Assembly (NCBI GenBank): GCA_963693365.1 | Contig: CAVNZM010000002.1 | Location: 4,480,259-4,544,258 of the forward strand | Direction of reading: 5' to 3' | Length of the DNA stretch: 64,000 bases | Origin: Amoebidium appalachense | Lineage: Eukaryota; Protista; Ichthyosporea | Shown here: positions 24,401-37,292 of the stretch, piece after piece | Layout: the number at the start of each line of letters is the position of its first letter | How positions within the stretch are numbered: the stretch's first letter is position 1 | The notes under the pieces: generated by a model | Seen by the model: only the letters and a program-made list of their open reading frames with translations | Told to the model about the DNA's origin: nothing | Database searches by the model: none | Translations under genes and position numbers: made by a program

Positions 24401-25111
24401 CACACAGGTACACATGTACACTCAGGCACATGTCACACACAAAAGCACATGCGCACCCGCAAAGGCACACATGTACATGCACACTCACAGGCACATGCAC
24501 ATGCACACACACACACAAAGGCGCACACACACAGACACTATGGATCATATATACATATAAGGACACAACCACACACACACAGAGGCACATGCACACACCC
24601 ACAGGGTCATGCACACACAAAAGCACATGCACACGCTCTGACACCAAGGCTCGTGCACGTGCACGCCCAAGGGCCCACACACGTACACACAAAGGCACAC
24701 ACAAGAACACATTGAGGCACGTGCACACACAATAGCACATACACACACCTACAAGCCGGCCTGCACACACAGAGGCACATGCTACACACAAGGCCACACA
24801 CACATATACACAAGGGCGCGCACGGGCACCCACGCCCACGCAAGGGCACGCACACACACAACCACACAAGGGCACACACCAACACACCCACAAGAACACC
24901 TATACTTGCAGACAAGGCCACACACATGCACACAAAAGCGCAACCACCCACCCACACGGGGGCACACACACACACACACCCAAGGGCACACCCACACACC
25001 CCGTGACATTGCACATGCACAGGGCTTGCACTGTGCCATTTATTTGGGCCTGCCAGCAGACCCTGCCATTCCTGCATGGTTTTTTTGCTCATTCACGCAT
25101 GGGCCTGCCCG

Positions 25112-25366
25112 CTACAGCTGGCCGCAGTCGGCCACGACGACCTTCTTGCTTGTCTTGCCGCTCTGGCTGCCCACCCCCTCCACGGCCCTGACCACGTCCA
25201 GCCCCTGCACCACCCGCCCAAACACCACGTGCTTGTTGTCCAGCCTGCACAAAAGCGTCAGCACCCACCACATAACCCCCCAGCCAGCACATGCCATGAT
25301 CCCTCCCCCCTCCCCCTCATCCCCCCCCCCCCCCCCCTCCCCCCACCAGCCAACATATACATACCA

Positions 25367-25400
<34 letters not shown>

Positions 25401-25949
25401 ACCAGCACCTACATGGCATGTGCCCCTCCCCGCCCCCAACACAGCCAGCACACACATGCAATGTGCCCCCCCTCCCCCTCCCCCTCCTCCCCAGCCAGCA
25501 CATCCATACCATGTGCCCACCCTCCTTCCCTGCCCAGCCAGCACATACATATGTTCCCCCCTTCCCCCCCCCTCCCCCCCCCCCCCTCCCCCACAGCCAG
25601 CGCATACATACCATGTGCCCCTCCCTCCCCCCTCCCCCTCCCCCTCCCCCGGGCCCCGCCCTTCCCAAGCAAGCACATACCATGTGACCTCCCCCTCTCC
25701 CCTTGCCCTTCAGCAAACACGCACCCCCATATATGCTTCCCACACCCATACAGCATGCCCCCCCCCCTCCCCTTTCCCCCTAAACCCCCTTGCAGCAGGC
25801 ACGCACCACTCTGTCTTCTCTGTGGTGATGAAGAACTGTGACCCGTTTGAGTTGGGCCCCGAGTTGGCCATCGACAAGATGCCTGCGCACACACCCAAGT
25901 CAGCAGCCCACAACCCAACCATCCCCTCCCCCACTACTGCATCCCCTTC

Positions 25950-25982
<33 letters not shown>

Positions 25983-28000
25983 ATCCCCACTTTCCCCACA
26001 CAAGCTACCCCACCAACATCTCCCTTCCAAACCCGTTAGCATATAAGTCCTATCCCCCCCCCCCCCCCCCCCCCCTCTCTTCCCCCCCCCCCTCCCCGCC
26101 CGCTTCCCGTCATTATCAATTCGATAACCCACTTCCTTCCCCCCCCCCCCCCCCCCCCCCCCCTTCCCCCCCTCTCTCCCTCTTCCCATCCCTTTCGTTC
26201 CCCCAATCCCATATCAGCACCCCAACTCCATGCCCCCTCCCCCCCCCCCTCCCCATCCCCCCGTGCTACCTGGGCCAGTGTGCTTGAGAGTGAAGTTTTC
26301 GTCGTCAAACTTTGAGCCGTAGATGCTCTTGCCCCCTGTGCCATTGTGGCGGGTAAAGTCACCGCCCTGCAGCATGAACTGGGGGATGACTCTGTGGAAC
26401 GTGCTGCCTCGGTAGCCAAACCCCTTCTCGTGCGTGCACAGCGCCCGGAAGTTTTCTGTTCCACCCCAACCTCTTCAGCATCCCCCCCCCCCCCCCCCCC
26501 CCCCCCTCCTTTGCCTGCCTGACCCATGCCCACCCACCTGCTGTTTTTGGCACCACGTCCGCTCGCAGCTGCACCCAGCCACCCCGTCAGCCACTGCCTG
26601 CTTGCAGCTCCTCTCCCCCCAACCCCCTCCTCCCCCCCCCCCCAAAGAAAAAAACACACACACATATGCGCACCTCTATTGTGATGCGGCCCACAGGCTT
26701 GCCGCCTATCTCCACGTCCAGATACACCATGGGGTTGCGCCCTCCCTGCACATCCCCCTTCTGCAATGGCCCTGGTCAGACCCAGACAGCATGGCGGTGG
26801 CATCAACATTTGGCATGGTCACGGGCAGGACAGAGGATGGGCACACATGAAAGGGAGACGTGCAGGCGTGCCGGTGGGTGGGGGGGGGGGGGGAGGGGGA
26901 GGGGGGGGGGGGGGGGAGGGCGGTACCGGAGAGGAAGGTTAAGCGTGGAGTCACAAATAGCACAAGAGGAAAGGGAGAAAGGGGATGATGAAGCGTGCGG
27001 GGAAGCAGAAATTAGCAAAGAAGGGAGGGTGGAGTAGAAAAGCTAGAAGCCAGGAGCAGGAGGTGAGGGGAGAGCAATACCGGAACACACACACACACAC
27101 ACAACACATCCAGGCACAAACCACACCACATGCACACAATCACCTACCACGAGGCGCACACAGATACACAGACACGGACGCACACACCTGCACCTTCCCC
27201 AAGTATTATAGCCACATGACGTATCCTGCCCCCCCCCACACACCATATATACACACACTAAGAGCGAGGGCAGCGAGGGAGAGAGGGAAGAGGGAAAACT
27301 GAGTAACGGGAGATGAAGGTTATGTTTTATTACACCGGGCAGCGAAGGCACGAAAAAAGTAGTCAAATCGCTCTGCCTCTCTCTCCCTCTCCCCCCCCCT
27401 CCCTTTATCTCCGCCCTTCTCTCTCTCTCTCTCTCTCTCGCCTCCCCCTCCCTCCCCATTCTGCCCCCTCTCCCCCCCCCCCCCTCTCCCCTCTCTCCCT
27501 CGCTCTCCCCCTCCTCTCTCTCACCTCCTCTATCTCCAACCTTCTCTCTCTCTCTCTCCTCTCCCTCTTGCTCCCTCGCTCACTCCCCCCCTCCCCCCCC
27601 CCCCTTCCACCTCCTACTCCCCCCTCCCCCACCCCCCTCTCTCGCTCTGTTCACCCACCCAACCCCAACTCCCAGGACACCTCCTCTCCCTCCATACCCA
27701 TACACTCCCTTCCTGTATCCAGTCCTCTTCTTAATGCTCCCCCTTCCACGTCCCTTCTTCTCTGAAACCAGTGGGAGCAAGAGAGCGGGAAGAAGCCCGT
27801 GCCCTTTTCCTGTCTGCCAGCCCCCCCCCCCCCCCCCCCCCCCCCCTCCCCCCACCCAACCCCCTAAAGAAGTTCCGAGGTTGCAACGCACCGTAGCGGT
27901 GTCCACTTCAGCGGCTGGCCCGTCAGTCGCCTGCTGCTCATCACCCCCATCAACTGCCATCGCACCTGCACCACCATCAGCCTTCTCCCCGCCCCTCCCT

Positions 28001-28031
<31 letters not shown>

Positions 28032-28633
28032 CCCCTCCTCCCTTCTCCCCCCCCCCTCCCCCCCACCCCCTTCCCCCGTGGTCAGGCCCATACCGTCTTC
28101 CCGTCCCTTGCCGTGTTTTTGCAGCCACGTCTCATCCGTCCACACTGCACCCACCCACGTTAGGAACCCATGTTGCAGTCAACACACCTTCCCCCTCCCC
28201 CCCATCTCCCTCACCACCACCACCACCACCTGCCACCCCAACCCCCCCCACCACCACCACACACGCACACACGCACACGCACTGTACGTGCCTGCCTTTG
28301 TGCTTCCTTCCTTAAACTTCTGTGGCTTTGCGTGGTTGACGCGTATTGTGCGGCCCAGCAGCTCGGCCTCGTCCATGTTGTCCTTGGCCGCGTTGCTGTC
28401 CTCTGCGTTCTCAAACTCCACAAAGGCAAAGCCGCGGTGCTTGCCGGTCTGGTAGTCCACGGGCAGCTGTATATCCACTATGTCGCCAAACGGTATGAAC
28501 GCCGCACGCAGCATGTTCTCGTCCACCGCCTCCTCCAGCCCCCCTGCAGCCCCGGTCAGCCATGCCCCACACAGCCCCCTGCCCGTACAGTGGCCCGCCA
28601 CGTACCCACGTAAAGTATGCGCTTGCTGGCCAT
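25112..28633 (-). CDS. PPIE: Peptidyl-prolyl isomerase E (CYP33): RRM plus cyclophilin
   Basis: RRM: [10 protein letters not shown]|GLEEAVDE...AFIPFGDI...[11 protein letters not shown]...[11 protein letters not shown]. Linker: VWTDETWL. Cyclophilin: [70 protein letters not shown]. Confidence 0.96.
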
Positions 28634-28689
28634 CCTGCCTCCCTGCTGTGTCCCCTGCCGCCCCCGTGTGTACGCAGCACTTTCAACCT

Positions 28690-28787
28690 CCCCGTTTCTA
28701 ATTAGCTAGCTCTGAATCGTGTCTGCACCTGTCTGCCCCCCGTTTCTAATTAGCTAGCTCTGAATCGTGTCTGCACCTGTCTGCCCC
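28690..28787. repeat. Perfect 48-bp tandem duplication upstream of the PPIE start
   Basis: gtttctaattagctagctctgaatcgtgtctgcacctgtctgcccc occurs twice (gtttc at 28694 and 28742). Confidence 0.9.
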
Positions 28788-29383
28788 TCTCATGTCTTGT
28801 GGCCCCCCAGACTAAGAGACACTTGATTAGCTAAGGGCGCACCCATATTACCAAATATGGTTCCTAGTAAACGCTTGTTATTGGATAAGATCTTCCCGCG
28901 CGATCACGTTACGTAATCATGCTGGGCCGGGAAGATTACGTAACACAAAAAGGCTTTGAGTTTGAGTGCTGTCATCCTGCGGCCCTGCGCGCCCCTGTTC
29001 AATATACCTTGTCTGTCGACGTCGCCGTCCCGCAGCGTAGTAGGGCCCGGCCCCTTACGCAAGTCCGCGGGTACAAAGCCTTCGAGGCTACTGTAGGCTG
29101 CAGACAGCCACTGGTTCTATACAGGGGACACGGATCACACGGCCCAGGGCTGTGTCTGACTTCAACACGTTCAGCTGCCGTGGTCCGAAACAACGCCATC
29201 GGAACTTGGACGTCAACAGTACTGACCCTTATACATGCCGATGTGGAAGACGAGGTTACGGCCAGAGTGAACAGGCAGGGTTGCACCTTGCACTCTTTGC
29301 CCGTACAGCTCACAGCAGTGCGAGCGTTTATTTCCGGCAGGCTGCTCCAACTGTCACCCATTACAAACGAAGCGCCTACTGGG

Positions 29384-29642
29384 CGGAACGAGGCAGAGTG
29401 CTCTGGCAGTATATAAATGGGGAAATTGAGGCTGAATGCAAGGCAGCCTCATGTCACTGTATGTGGCAAGAGGGAGTCAAGCCAGGAAGGTACGTCTACT
29501 CCATACTGGGGTCGGAACGAGGCAGAGTGCTCTGGCAGTATATAAATGGGGAAAATGAGGCTGGATGCAAGGCAGCCTCATCTCACAGTATGTGGCAAGA
29601 GGGAGTCAAGCCAGGAAGGTACGTCTACTCCATACTGGGGTC
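29384..29642. repeat. 129-bp tandem duplication covering the OGFOD3 stop codon and proximal 3' UTR
   Basis: cggaacgaggcagagtg...ctactccatactggggtc at 29384 and 29513, with few mismatches. Confidence 0.9.
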
Positions 29643-31901
29643 CGCAATGGCCTGCTCCTTTGAACACGTAAAGCTAATAGTGATGGCATAGCGCACCCCA
29701 CTGGTCACCTGCGTGACCTGGTGCACGTTCTCCGCTCCTGAACAGTCACCCGTCAGCCCAGCCCCCCTCTCTTCCCCCTCACACGCAACAAGATGGTCAA
29801 CCACACGCAGCCACCCACCTGAAGTGAAGAACGACAAGCGACCTGCCCTTGGCTGCACTACCGTGCGCCTTGTGGCACTGCTGTTGCCCGGCACAGGGTC
29901 CAAGAACACAAACTCCCCGCCCTGCCCCCCAGTCAGCACCCTGCCTGCCCTGTGTCCCGTCCCCTCTGCCTGCAGGCTTACCTCGTAGTCTGTGCCCTGG
30001 GTGTTGAGGTACAGCAGGGACGTGTAGACAAACGACCCGTAAGTGTCCCGGTCCACGTGCGCCTCCCAGTAGCGGTCGTGCACCGTCTAGGGCCCACTGG
30101 GTCAGTTCCAGCCACGAATAGCAAAATAAGCCACAGTCTGCCCCAGAGACGTGGCCACAAGAAACATGAACTCTGTTTAGTGCAAAAATATACCCTTTGG
30201 TCACACGTATCCCTGGCGCATTAAGAACATACCTTTGCAGGTCGTGATGTTATACGGGAGAAGAAGGTGGGCTTTGTGAGGTGCAGCCCTGTGACGCCAA
30301 ACTCCTTCTCAATGGTGGCCCGTATGGTGTCCTTAACCTGCGCCCCCTAGTCAGCACCAACAGTTCCCTTGCACAGCCAGGAATATAAAATACTTATCTG
30401 TGCACACACACAAACGGACACAACAGGCTGGCCGCACTACATAGTACACAGCATGGAAGAGCTAGCCTGGCATTTATGTGAGTGACTTGCACACCATCCC
30501 CACCACACTCACAAACACACACACACACGTGACCGCATGCCAAAGCCGCAGCACGAGGATCAGCCCACTCACCTGCTTGTACAGGTCTATGTCTGCGCGG
30601 GTAAAGGGGGTTTCGTTCTTGAGCTTGCTGACTTTGTAGACGTTGACAAATTGCTGCCCTGCCTGTTAGCAACACAAAAAAAGTGCCTTTCCAAGCAGTG
30701 TGTGTGAGTTCGCGGAGGGGGGGGGAGGGGGGAGGGGGGAGGGGGAAGGGCAAAGCTCTTTCCAAATGGGCGATGAATGCAGGTCGTTTCGCAACCAATC
30801 AAGCATCTCAGCATCCCCCCCCCCCCCCCCCCCTCTCCCCGTCTCCCCCCCCTCTCCAGTCAAGACACCCATTTGCACACTCCCACACCCACTTGCAACA
30901 CACCTCGCCGTGACTCAGTGCACCGGTGTGCAGATCCAGAATGGTAGGCCCCCCACTGCCCCCCCCATATGCCCTGTGCCGCCCCATCAGTACACCCCCA
31001 ACCCCAACCCTCCAAACAGGGGCACAGACATGCCCTTCTCACACAGGCTCTTGAGTCGTGCTATGGCGTCCTCTCCGAAAAGACCATCTCTCACCACCCG
31101 CCCACACTGAGTGGGGGTGCAACCTGCCTGGTCTGTCAGCAACACCTCCGAATCCTTCCCCTCCCACCCCAGCACGCACCAGGAACTTCTGGGCTATAGG
31201 TGCCACATTTAACGTCTGCGCGCAGTCTGTCGTAGGCTGTGCCTGCCCCTGCCATCACACCGCCCCTTTCTGTCCCATCCTGCTGCCAGCCAGCCCAGCC
31301 CAGCCACAGCACCACCAGGCCCCCTGCTTGGCAGCCCCCCTGCCTTGTCAGCCCCTGCCCTGCCTGGCCCCTAGCTCCCTCTGTCCCCTTCATAGGGTAG
31401 CTTTTCGCACCTGCAACCAGCAGCCATACTGGGCGCTGGGTTTGTTGCTTGGGGCTGGGTGCCTTGGTTGGCCTGCAGAAGGGGTTAGATGCATAGGCAT
31501 GGCCAGCATAAGCAGAGGCATAGGTGAAGGGATGCATATGCACGAGGGAGACAGCGAGGGGGCGGACAAGGGGAAACCCCGTCAAGATGTGGGAGATTTA
31601 GACACCCAGTAAAGCGTTGGTAAAGTTTATGTGGAGGTGAATTTCAAGACTGAAACGGAAGGTGAGAATCGCAGCGTAAACAAGAATGAATCTCAGGGGG
31701 CGAGGAGTGAGAGAATAATAGGACAGCGCGCGAAAGGATATATGAAGGCCGGGTCTGAGGGACAAGGGTACGGAAACAGGGTGAGAGACTGAGGTGCACA
31801 GGTTCCCAAGGTATGTGCTGCTACACACGAAGTGCAGAGAGCAAAGGGTAGGGACTGTACGGCTGCTGCCTTGGTGGCTTCTTCCTCTCCGTCGGTGCCA
31901 T
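29625..31901 (-). CDS. OGFOD3: 2-oxoglutarate/Fe(II) oxygenase domain-containing protein 3
   Basis: MAPTERKKPP..., N-terminal TM (VWLLVAGGLVVLWLGW), GCTPTQCGRVVRDGLF, GGPTILDLHTGALS, YWEAHVD (HxD), YTSLLYLN, FTSGAENVH..V..GVRYAITISFTC. Confidence 0.9.
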
Positions 31902-32118
31902 GGCCGACCCAACAAATAACAAGCCCCAGAACCCTCTGGTACGGTATGATACTGTTGAGGGCGAAGCGCGCGCCAAATTTACAGGATGACGTCACAGGCA
32001 GGAACTACTATAAATTTTGTAGCGGCCAGGCGCCGGCAGCTCCTGCCGGCTGCAGAAAGGCTGTGTCCATTTTGTGCAAAAGGGTCGGGCGTAAGGAAGG
32101 CGGCAGCATATAGCAAAC
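31902..32118. promoter_or_regulatory. Compact bidirectional promoter between OGFOD3 and CCDC130
   Basis: 217 bp between divergent ATGs. Contains a perfect CRE (TGACGTCA, 31987-31994) and an E2F-like GCGCGCCAAA near 31968. Confidence 0.6.
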
Positions 32119-32221
32119 ATGGTAAGTGAGTTAGGTCTGGGCAAGAGGGGGGGGGGGAGGGGGGGGGAGGGGGAGAACGGTAAAGGAGGGTAGGGGAGAA
32201 GGAGGGTAGGGAGGGGAGGCG

Positions 32222-32269
<48 letters not shown>

Positions 32270-33810
32270 GGAGGTAGGATGCTGCTGTGGACTCGGGCTG
32301 ACAAGGGGCGGGCAGGCGGACCGCAAGGCGACAAACAAATACTACCCCCCGGACTGGGACCCCTCCAAGGTACGTGCTACTAGCCTGGTGGGTCCGTGCG
32401 TGCACGTGCGGGCCGTGCCGTGTGTTTGTGCACGTGCGTGTGCCTTGCATTCGTGCATGTGCTTGCGACAAACAAAAACACGCAGAGCAGTGTTTTTGTT
32501 TGTGTATGTGTGCAGGCGTGTGAGTATGTTTGTGTTTGTGCACACATGGGTGGGTGGTGGTTTCCCTTTCAGATGTTGCAAGTGGATTGGTGGGTAGTAG
32601 ATGGTGGGTCTATGTTTGTGCCGGTCTACGTAGCTACGGGTGTAGAAGGGAGGGGATAGCAATTTTTTCCAGCCTTGTGACGTGTGGCTGCAGGGGTCCA
32701 TCAACACGTACCGGGGCAGCCACCCTCTGCGTGATCGGGCACGCAAGCTGGACCAGGGGATATTGATTGTGAGGTTTGAGCTGCCCTACAACATATGGTG
32801 CAATGGCTGTGGCAACATGGTGGCCATGGGTGAGTTCCCGGAGACTGACATACACAGGCAGGGTGGGGTGTGTGGATGGCTGTGATCGGTGTGGTTCTGT
32901 GTGTGTATGTTAATTGCATGCAGAGTGGCTGCAGGGGTGCATCTGTATGTATTGTGTGCGTTGGGTTACAGTGTGCGTGCGTGTGTGTGGTGGTGGTCGT
33001 GGTGGTGGTGGTGGTGGTGGTGGTGGTGGGGGAGGGGGGAGGGGGGGGGGGGGAGGGGGGGGGAAGAGGGGCACTCAAAGAGGTTGCAGGGGTGCGCTAC
33101 AATGCGGAAAAAAAGGAGGTGGGCAGGTACTTCAGCACTCCCATACTCAGCTTCCGTATGAAATGCCATCTTTGCGACAACTGGTTTGAGATCCGGACAG
33201 ACCCAAAGGTGCGTGTGTGTGGTGGTTGTGGTGGTGGTTGGGGGGAGGGGGGGGGGGGGGGGGGGAGGGAAGGGGGGGGGGGGGGGGGGGGGAGGGGAGG
33301 TACGAGGGGGGGCAGGGGGAGGAGAGGGCCATGGATTAGATGGGGCGGGGGCAGCCTCTTTTGGGTTGGCTGCTGTGAAGGTGTGTGATGGGGCAGGGGC
33401 GGAAAGGGGGGAGGGGGAGGGCGGTAGCTTCTTTTGCTCCCTGTTAGTTGTTTAGTTGGCTGCTGGGGGCGTTGCAGTACTGCTTGTGTTCTGGCAAGAC
33501 TGCTGGTTGGCACTATGCAGACACTGACGTGGTGGGGGCCAGAACACCGAGTACGTGGTTGTAGAGGGTGCACGGAGGAAGACCGAGACCTGGAAGCCCG
33601 AGGAGAACGAGGGCATAGCCTTGCCTGGTGTGCGCTCCATCTCTCACTTTCCCTCCCCTTAGTCCCTCTCTTTCCATCCTTTATGTTGCTTTTTTCATGC
33701 ACACACACGCGCGCAACACCTGCTCACTCTTCTTCGTGTTCTTCACTTTTTTCTTTTTTTCCTTTTTCTTTTTTTCTTCTTTTTTTTTTGGTGGTGGTGG
33801 TAGCAGCGGT

Positions 33811-33853
<43 letters not shown>

Positions 33854-33876
33854 ATTTTATTTATTTATTTACATTT

Positions 33877-33921
<45 letters not shown>

Positions 33922-34808
33922 GGGGGGGGGGGGGGGGGTCAGTGTTGCTGATGGTGAGGGACGACAGACGAGAAAGATAAGGAGAAACGAGCCCAGGATG
34001 CTATGTACCGGCTGGAGCACGGGGTTACAGAGCAGGCCAGGGCAACAGACCGGCAGCCAGCCTTGGGCAGTCTCAAGGTGGGGGTGTGCCCAGAGAGTAA
34101 CGGGGGCAGAATGGAGGGACGGTAAAAGAGAGACTAAAGAGGTGGCTGCAGCGTCTGGCTGACAGGAGCAGGGACGACTACGAACTCAACAAGCGCCTGC
34201 GCAGCGAAAACAGGGTGTGTGCTTGTGTGTGTGTGTGTGTGTGTGCTTGTAAGAATTTGTATGTACTCGTGTGGCAGTAGGGGTGGGGTGTTGCTGAAGC
34301 CCTGGTGGTGTGGTGCAGGCCCAGAGGCAGCAGGCAGCAGCAGCACGTGAGGAGGAGCGGCAGTTCCAGCAGCAGACCAACGTGGCCATCCCCATCCTGC
34401 CCCTGGACCCCAGTGACACCCTAGAGGCTGCCATCCTGGCCCACCGTAGAGACGGTGCGTGTGGGCTGCAAAGGGCGGGCTAGTGCTGCTGGGGGGGCTG
34501 ACTTAAGATTTATTTGCAGACGGTCAGGCCGACACCAGCAGGAGGCGAGCAGCCATCCAGGCCCAGCCCGTGATTGGCTCCAGCAGCGGGTAGCTGCCCC
34601 TTGCGGTGGCCAGCTGGGGTCCACAGAACCTGTGTGCTGGCCGGGGCACACGGTGTGCACATGCTGACTCTTTTATGTAACCCCTCTCAGGCGAGTGGCC
34701 CGTGCCATGGTCAGCAGCAAGGGCTTTGGTGCCCCCGCACCAGCCCCCCGCACCACCCTGGCTGGCCTGGTGCGCCCAAAGCCGAAAACAGGTGTGGCAC
34801 CCCGCTGA
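32119..34808 (+). CDS. CCDC130: Splicing factor YJU2B / CCDC130 (CWC16 family)
   Basis: ATG|GTAAGT single-codon first coding exon, then ADRKATNKYYPPDWDP, HPLRDRARKLDQGILIVRFELPYNIWCNGC, GVRYNAEKKEVGRYFSTPI, CHLCDN..IRTDPKNTEY, DAMYRLEH, DDYELNKRLR. Confidence 0.93.
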
Positions 34809-34892
34809 ATATGGACGCCAGATGTGGGTGTTGGATTTACGGGTTGGCTATAGGGGCTGTATGTGACTGGTTGGGGTGCAGACACGTAGGGC

Positions 34893-36395
34893 CTACGGGG
34901 CACCGTCCTTCTCGGCCACCACCCACCAGTTGTCCCGGTCGTAGCCAGACTCCACTGCCCTCAGCCCCACCACCTGCCCACCCTGTCAGCACCCTGCAGC
35001 CTACGCTCCCCCGGCCCTTGTACGCACCTGCTGCACCAGCTGCTCGAGCTCTCCCTCAGCAAACAGGTGGTAGTAGCGCTGCGCCCCTCGTTAGTCCTGA
35101 CCACACACAGCACCGGCCCAGCCCAGGCCACCCACCTGGAACACCTGGTCCGTGGCTGCCTCGCTGGTCTCCTTGGCAAACTGCCTGCCGCCTAGCATTA
35201 GGCAATGTACTTGTGTGGCCCCAGCAAGCTAGACCACACCACTTACTTTTGTAGCCGCCACGGCACAAAAAGGTCCCCATCCGGCCCTACATCGCTGTTC
35301 TGGAACTGAATGATTGCATGAATGTTATGTTTGGCCAGGTGCCAGGCATGCAAAAGTTTGTGGTGTTACTACAAAGCCTCGAGGCCGCACCTTGTCTTGC
35401 TCCTTTGCCCACACATAAACCAGCATTTGCCCCCCCGGCCGCAGAACTCGGTTCATTTCCTGCCGTAAGTTCAGCAGCACGTTAGCAACCCCCCCCCCCC
35501 CACCCACCCCGCCCCCTCCCCACCCACCCACCCACCGCCACCATCGCCACGGGCCCTCGAGCACCCCTGCCACATCGAGACACCAGGTACTTACTTGCAG
35601 GGCAGCCAGACGACGGGCCACCGAGGCCATGTGGTGTATGACGGCTATGCACACCACCCGGTCCTGCACACCTTGTCAGCAACTTATGCCCGCCAGAGGT
35701 TTTGTCTGTGTGTGTGTGTGTGTCTGTGTCTGTGTCTGTGTCTGTGTCTGTGTGTCTGTGTGTGTGTGGTGGTGGTGGGGGTTTGAGGTGGAGGCGGGGG
35801 ACGGCACGTACGAAGCAGGCCGTGCGGTAGGGCAAGGCCAGTATGTCGGCCACCAGGCTCTCGTGGCCGCGGCTGGCAGCTATGGCCACCAGGCCTCCAC
35901 ACATATCCGACCCCACTCCCACCGTGCGTTCCCGACTAACCCCCAGGTACTTGCCGTTGCCACAGCCCACGTCCGCCTGCAGCCCCCAAAGTCACGTCTG
36001 TAACACACTCGGACCACATGCAAAAGGATGCTGTATCACTGCCCTCGAGAGAACTTTTCCGTGTATGTGCAAATAAAGGAACATAACAAAGATCTTTGAA
36101 TCGTGTGACGACAACACAGAGCACTTCAAGTTCAACCTGGTGTGTACCAACTCTATCAAATTTCCGTGGTATGTGGTGTGTTTTTGGATGCAGCTGACCA
36201 TTATATTAATCCAAGCATGCCGGCATGCAGGGAAACATGGCTAAAACTTGCAAGGTGTAGCATACACGCTCGCCTTGCGGCCATCATGGACTATACACAC
36301 TGTTGCTACAGGGGCCACCCACCCAAAGGGCACCGTCAGGAAAGCTGCCAATGAAGGCCTCGACCCTAGGCCAGGGCTGCACATGCGGTTAGTGG

Positions 36396-36455
<60 letters not shown>

Positions 36456-36568
36456 CACAGCACCTTGTAGCGCGTGCTGCTGAAGTGCGGGGCTATTGCG
36501 TCGTACACGGCGTGCACGTGCTCCTTCTCTAGCACGGCCTCAGCCTTTGCCTGCCGTGCAGCCTCCAT
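34893..36568 (-). CDS. TRM9: tRNA wobble-uridine methyltransferase, TRM9/TRMT9B type (stand-alone methyltransferase domain)
   Basis: [51 protein letters not shown]...YVWA, DLFVPW, RYYHLFAEGEL, YDRDNW. No RRM or AlkB domain is seen upstream. Confidence 0.92.
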
Positions 36569-37292
36569 GGCCCCCCTACGCCCGTGCTGGCTTGCACTGC
36601 CCTGTGTCTAAGTAAACGGGCGTGGAAGTAAAAACAGTAGCACTACAAACAGGCCATTACCGTTTCCGCTGGCTTTCGGCCCATACCTCATAGGTCCTAC
36701 ACCCACATATGGGCGCACACCCCCGCTATGCGCACAATGTACGTACCTCACACACAAAAGTTGCTGTGCTGTTGTGGGCCGGGCAAATCAAGATCCTTGC
36801 AATTGAGCTCAAGCGGCGGTGCGCCCGGCACATTTTGGCGCCAAAGTGACATTCCTTGCGGGCCACGTGAAGTCAGAGCTCCAGAAAAAAAATTACACAG
36901 ACAGACATAGGAGAGGGCGTGCTTGCATAGACACGCAGACGAAGCTAGGCCGTGTGTGTATACTCGAAATTCGTGGAGGGGCACGTGCCCCAAAGGCAAG
37001 CAACCCCTTGAATGTACGCCTAGGCGTTCTTTGTGGTAACGGCGTTTTCGGGGACTGTTTGGGCAAAATCTGTCACTTTTCTGTCGTCCCCGTTTACACT
37101 CGAGGAAGTTGCTGGAACTCAGTGGGCTCCTAGCCAGCAATTAGTGCGTTAGAACATATCAAGCTACTGGAATGCGGCGGCCTTAGCATACCACACGAGT
37201 GCCGCAACTTCTAAAACACCACACTGGTCCAGGCGTGTTGACAGGACAACCTTGACTAAACGTGTGCGGTCACTGTTGCAGGTTTGGCTACG

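Noticed and set aside
23852-25092. Long His/Thr- or Cys/Val-rich ORFs (also at 1.1-1.8, 4.9-5.2, 11-12, 45-46, 52.5-53.5 and 58-59 kb)
   Set aside because: These are translations of (CA)n/(GT)n repeats, open in several frames on both strands.
25112-28633. Cyclophilin as the missing C-terminal domain of the Nup358-like gene
   Set aside because: It is on the opposite strand, separated by three other genes, and is a complete RRM-containing PPIE.
28919-29416. 165-aa ORF or structured ncRNA between PPIE and OGFOD3
   Set aside because: No recognisable protein motif or RNA family signature; cannot be supported without a search.
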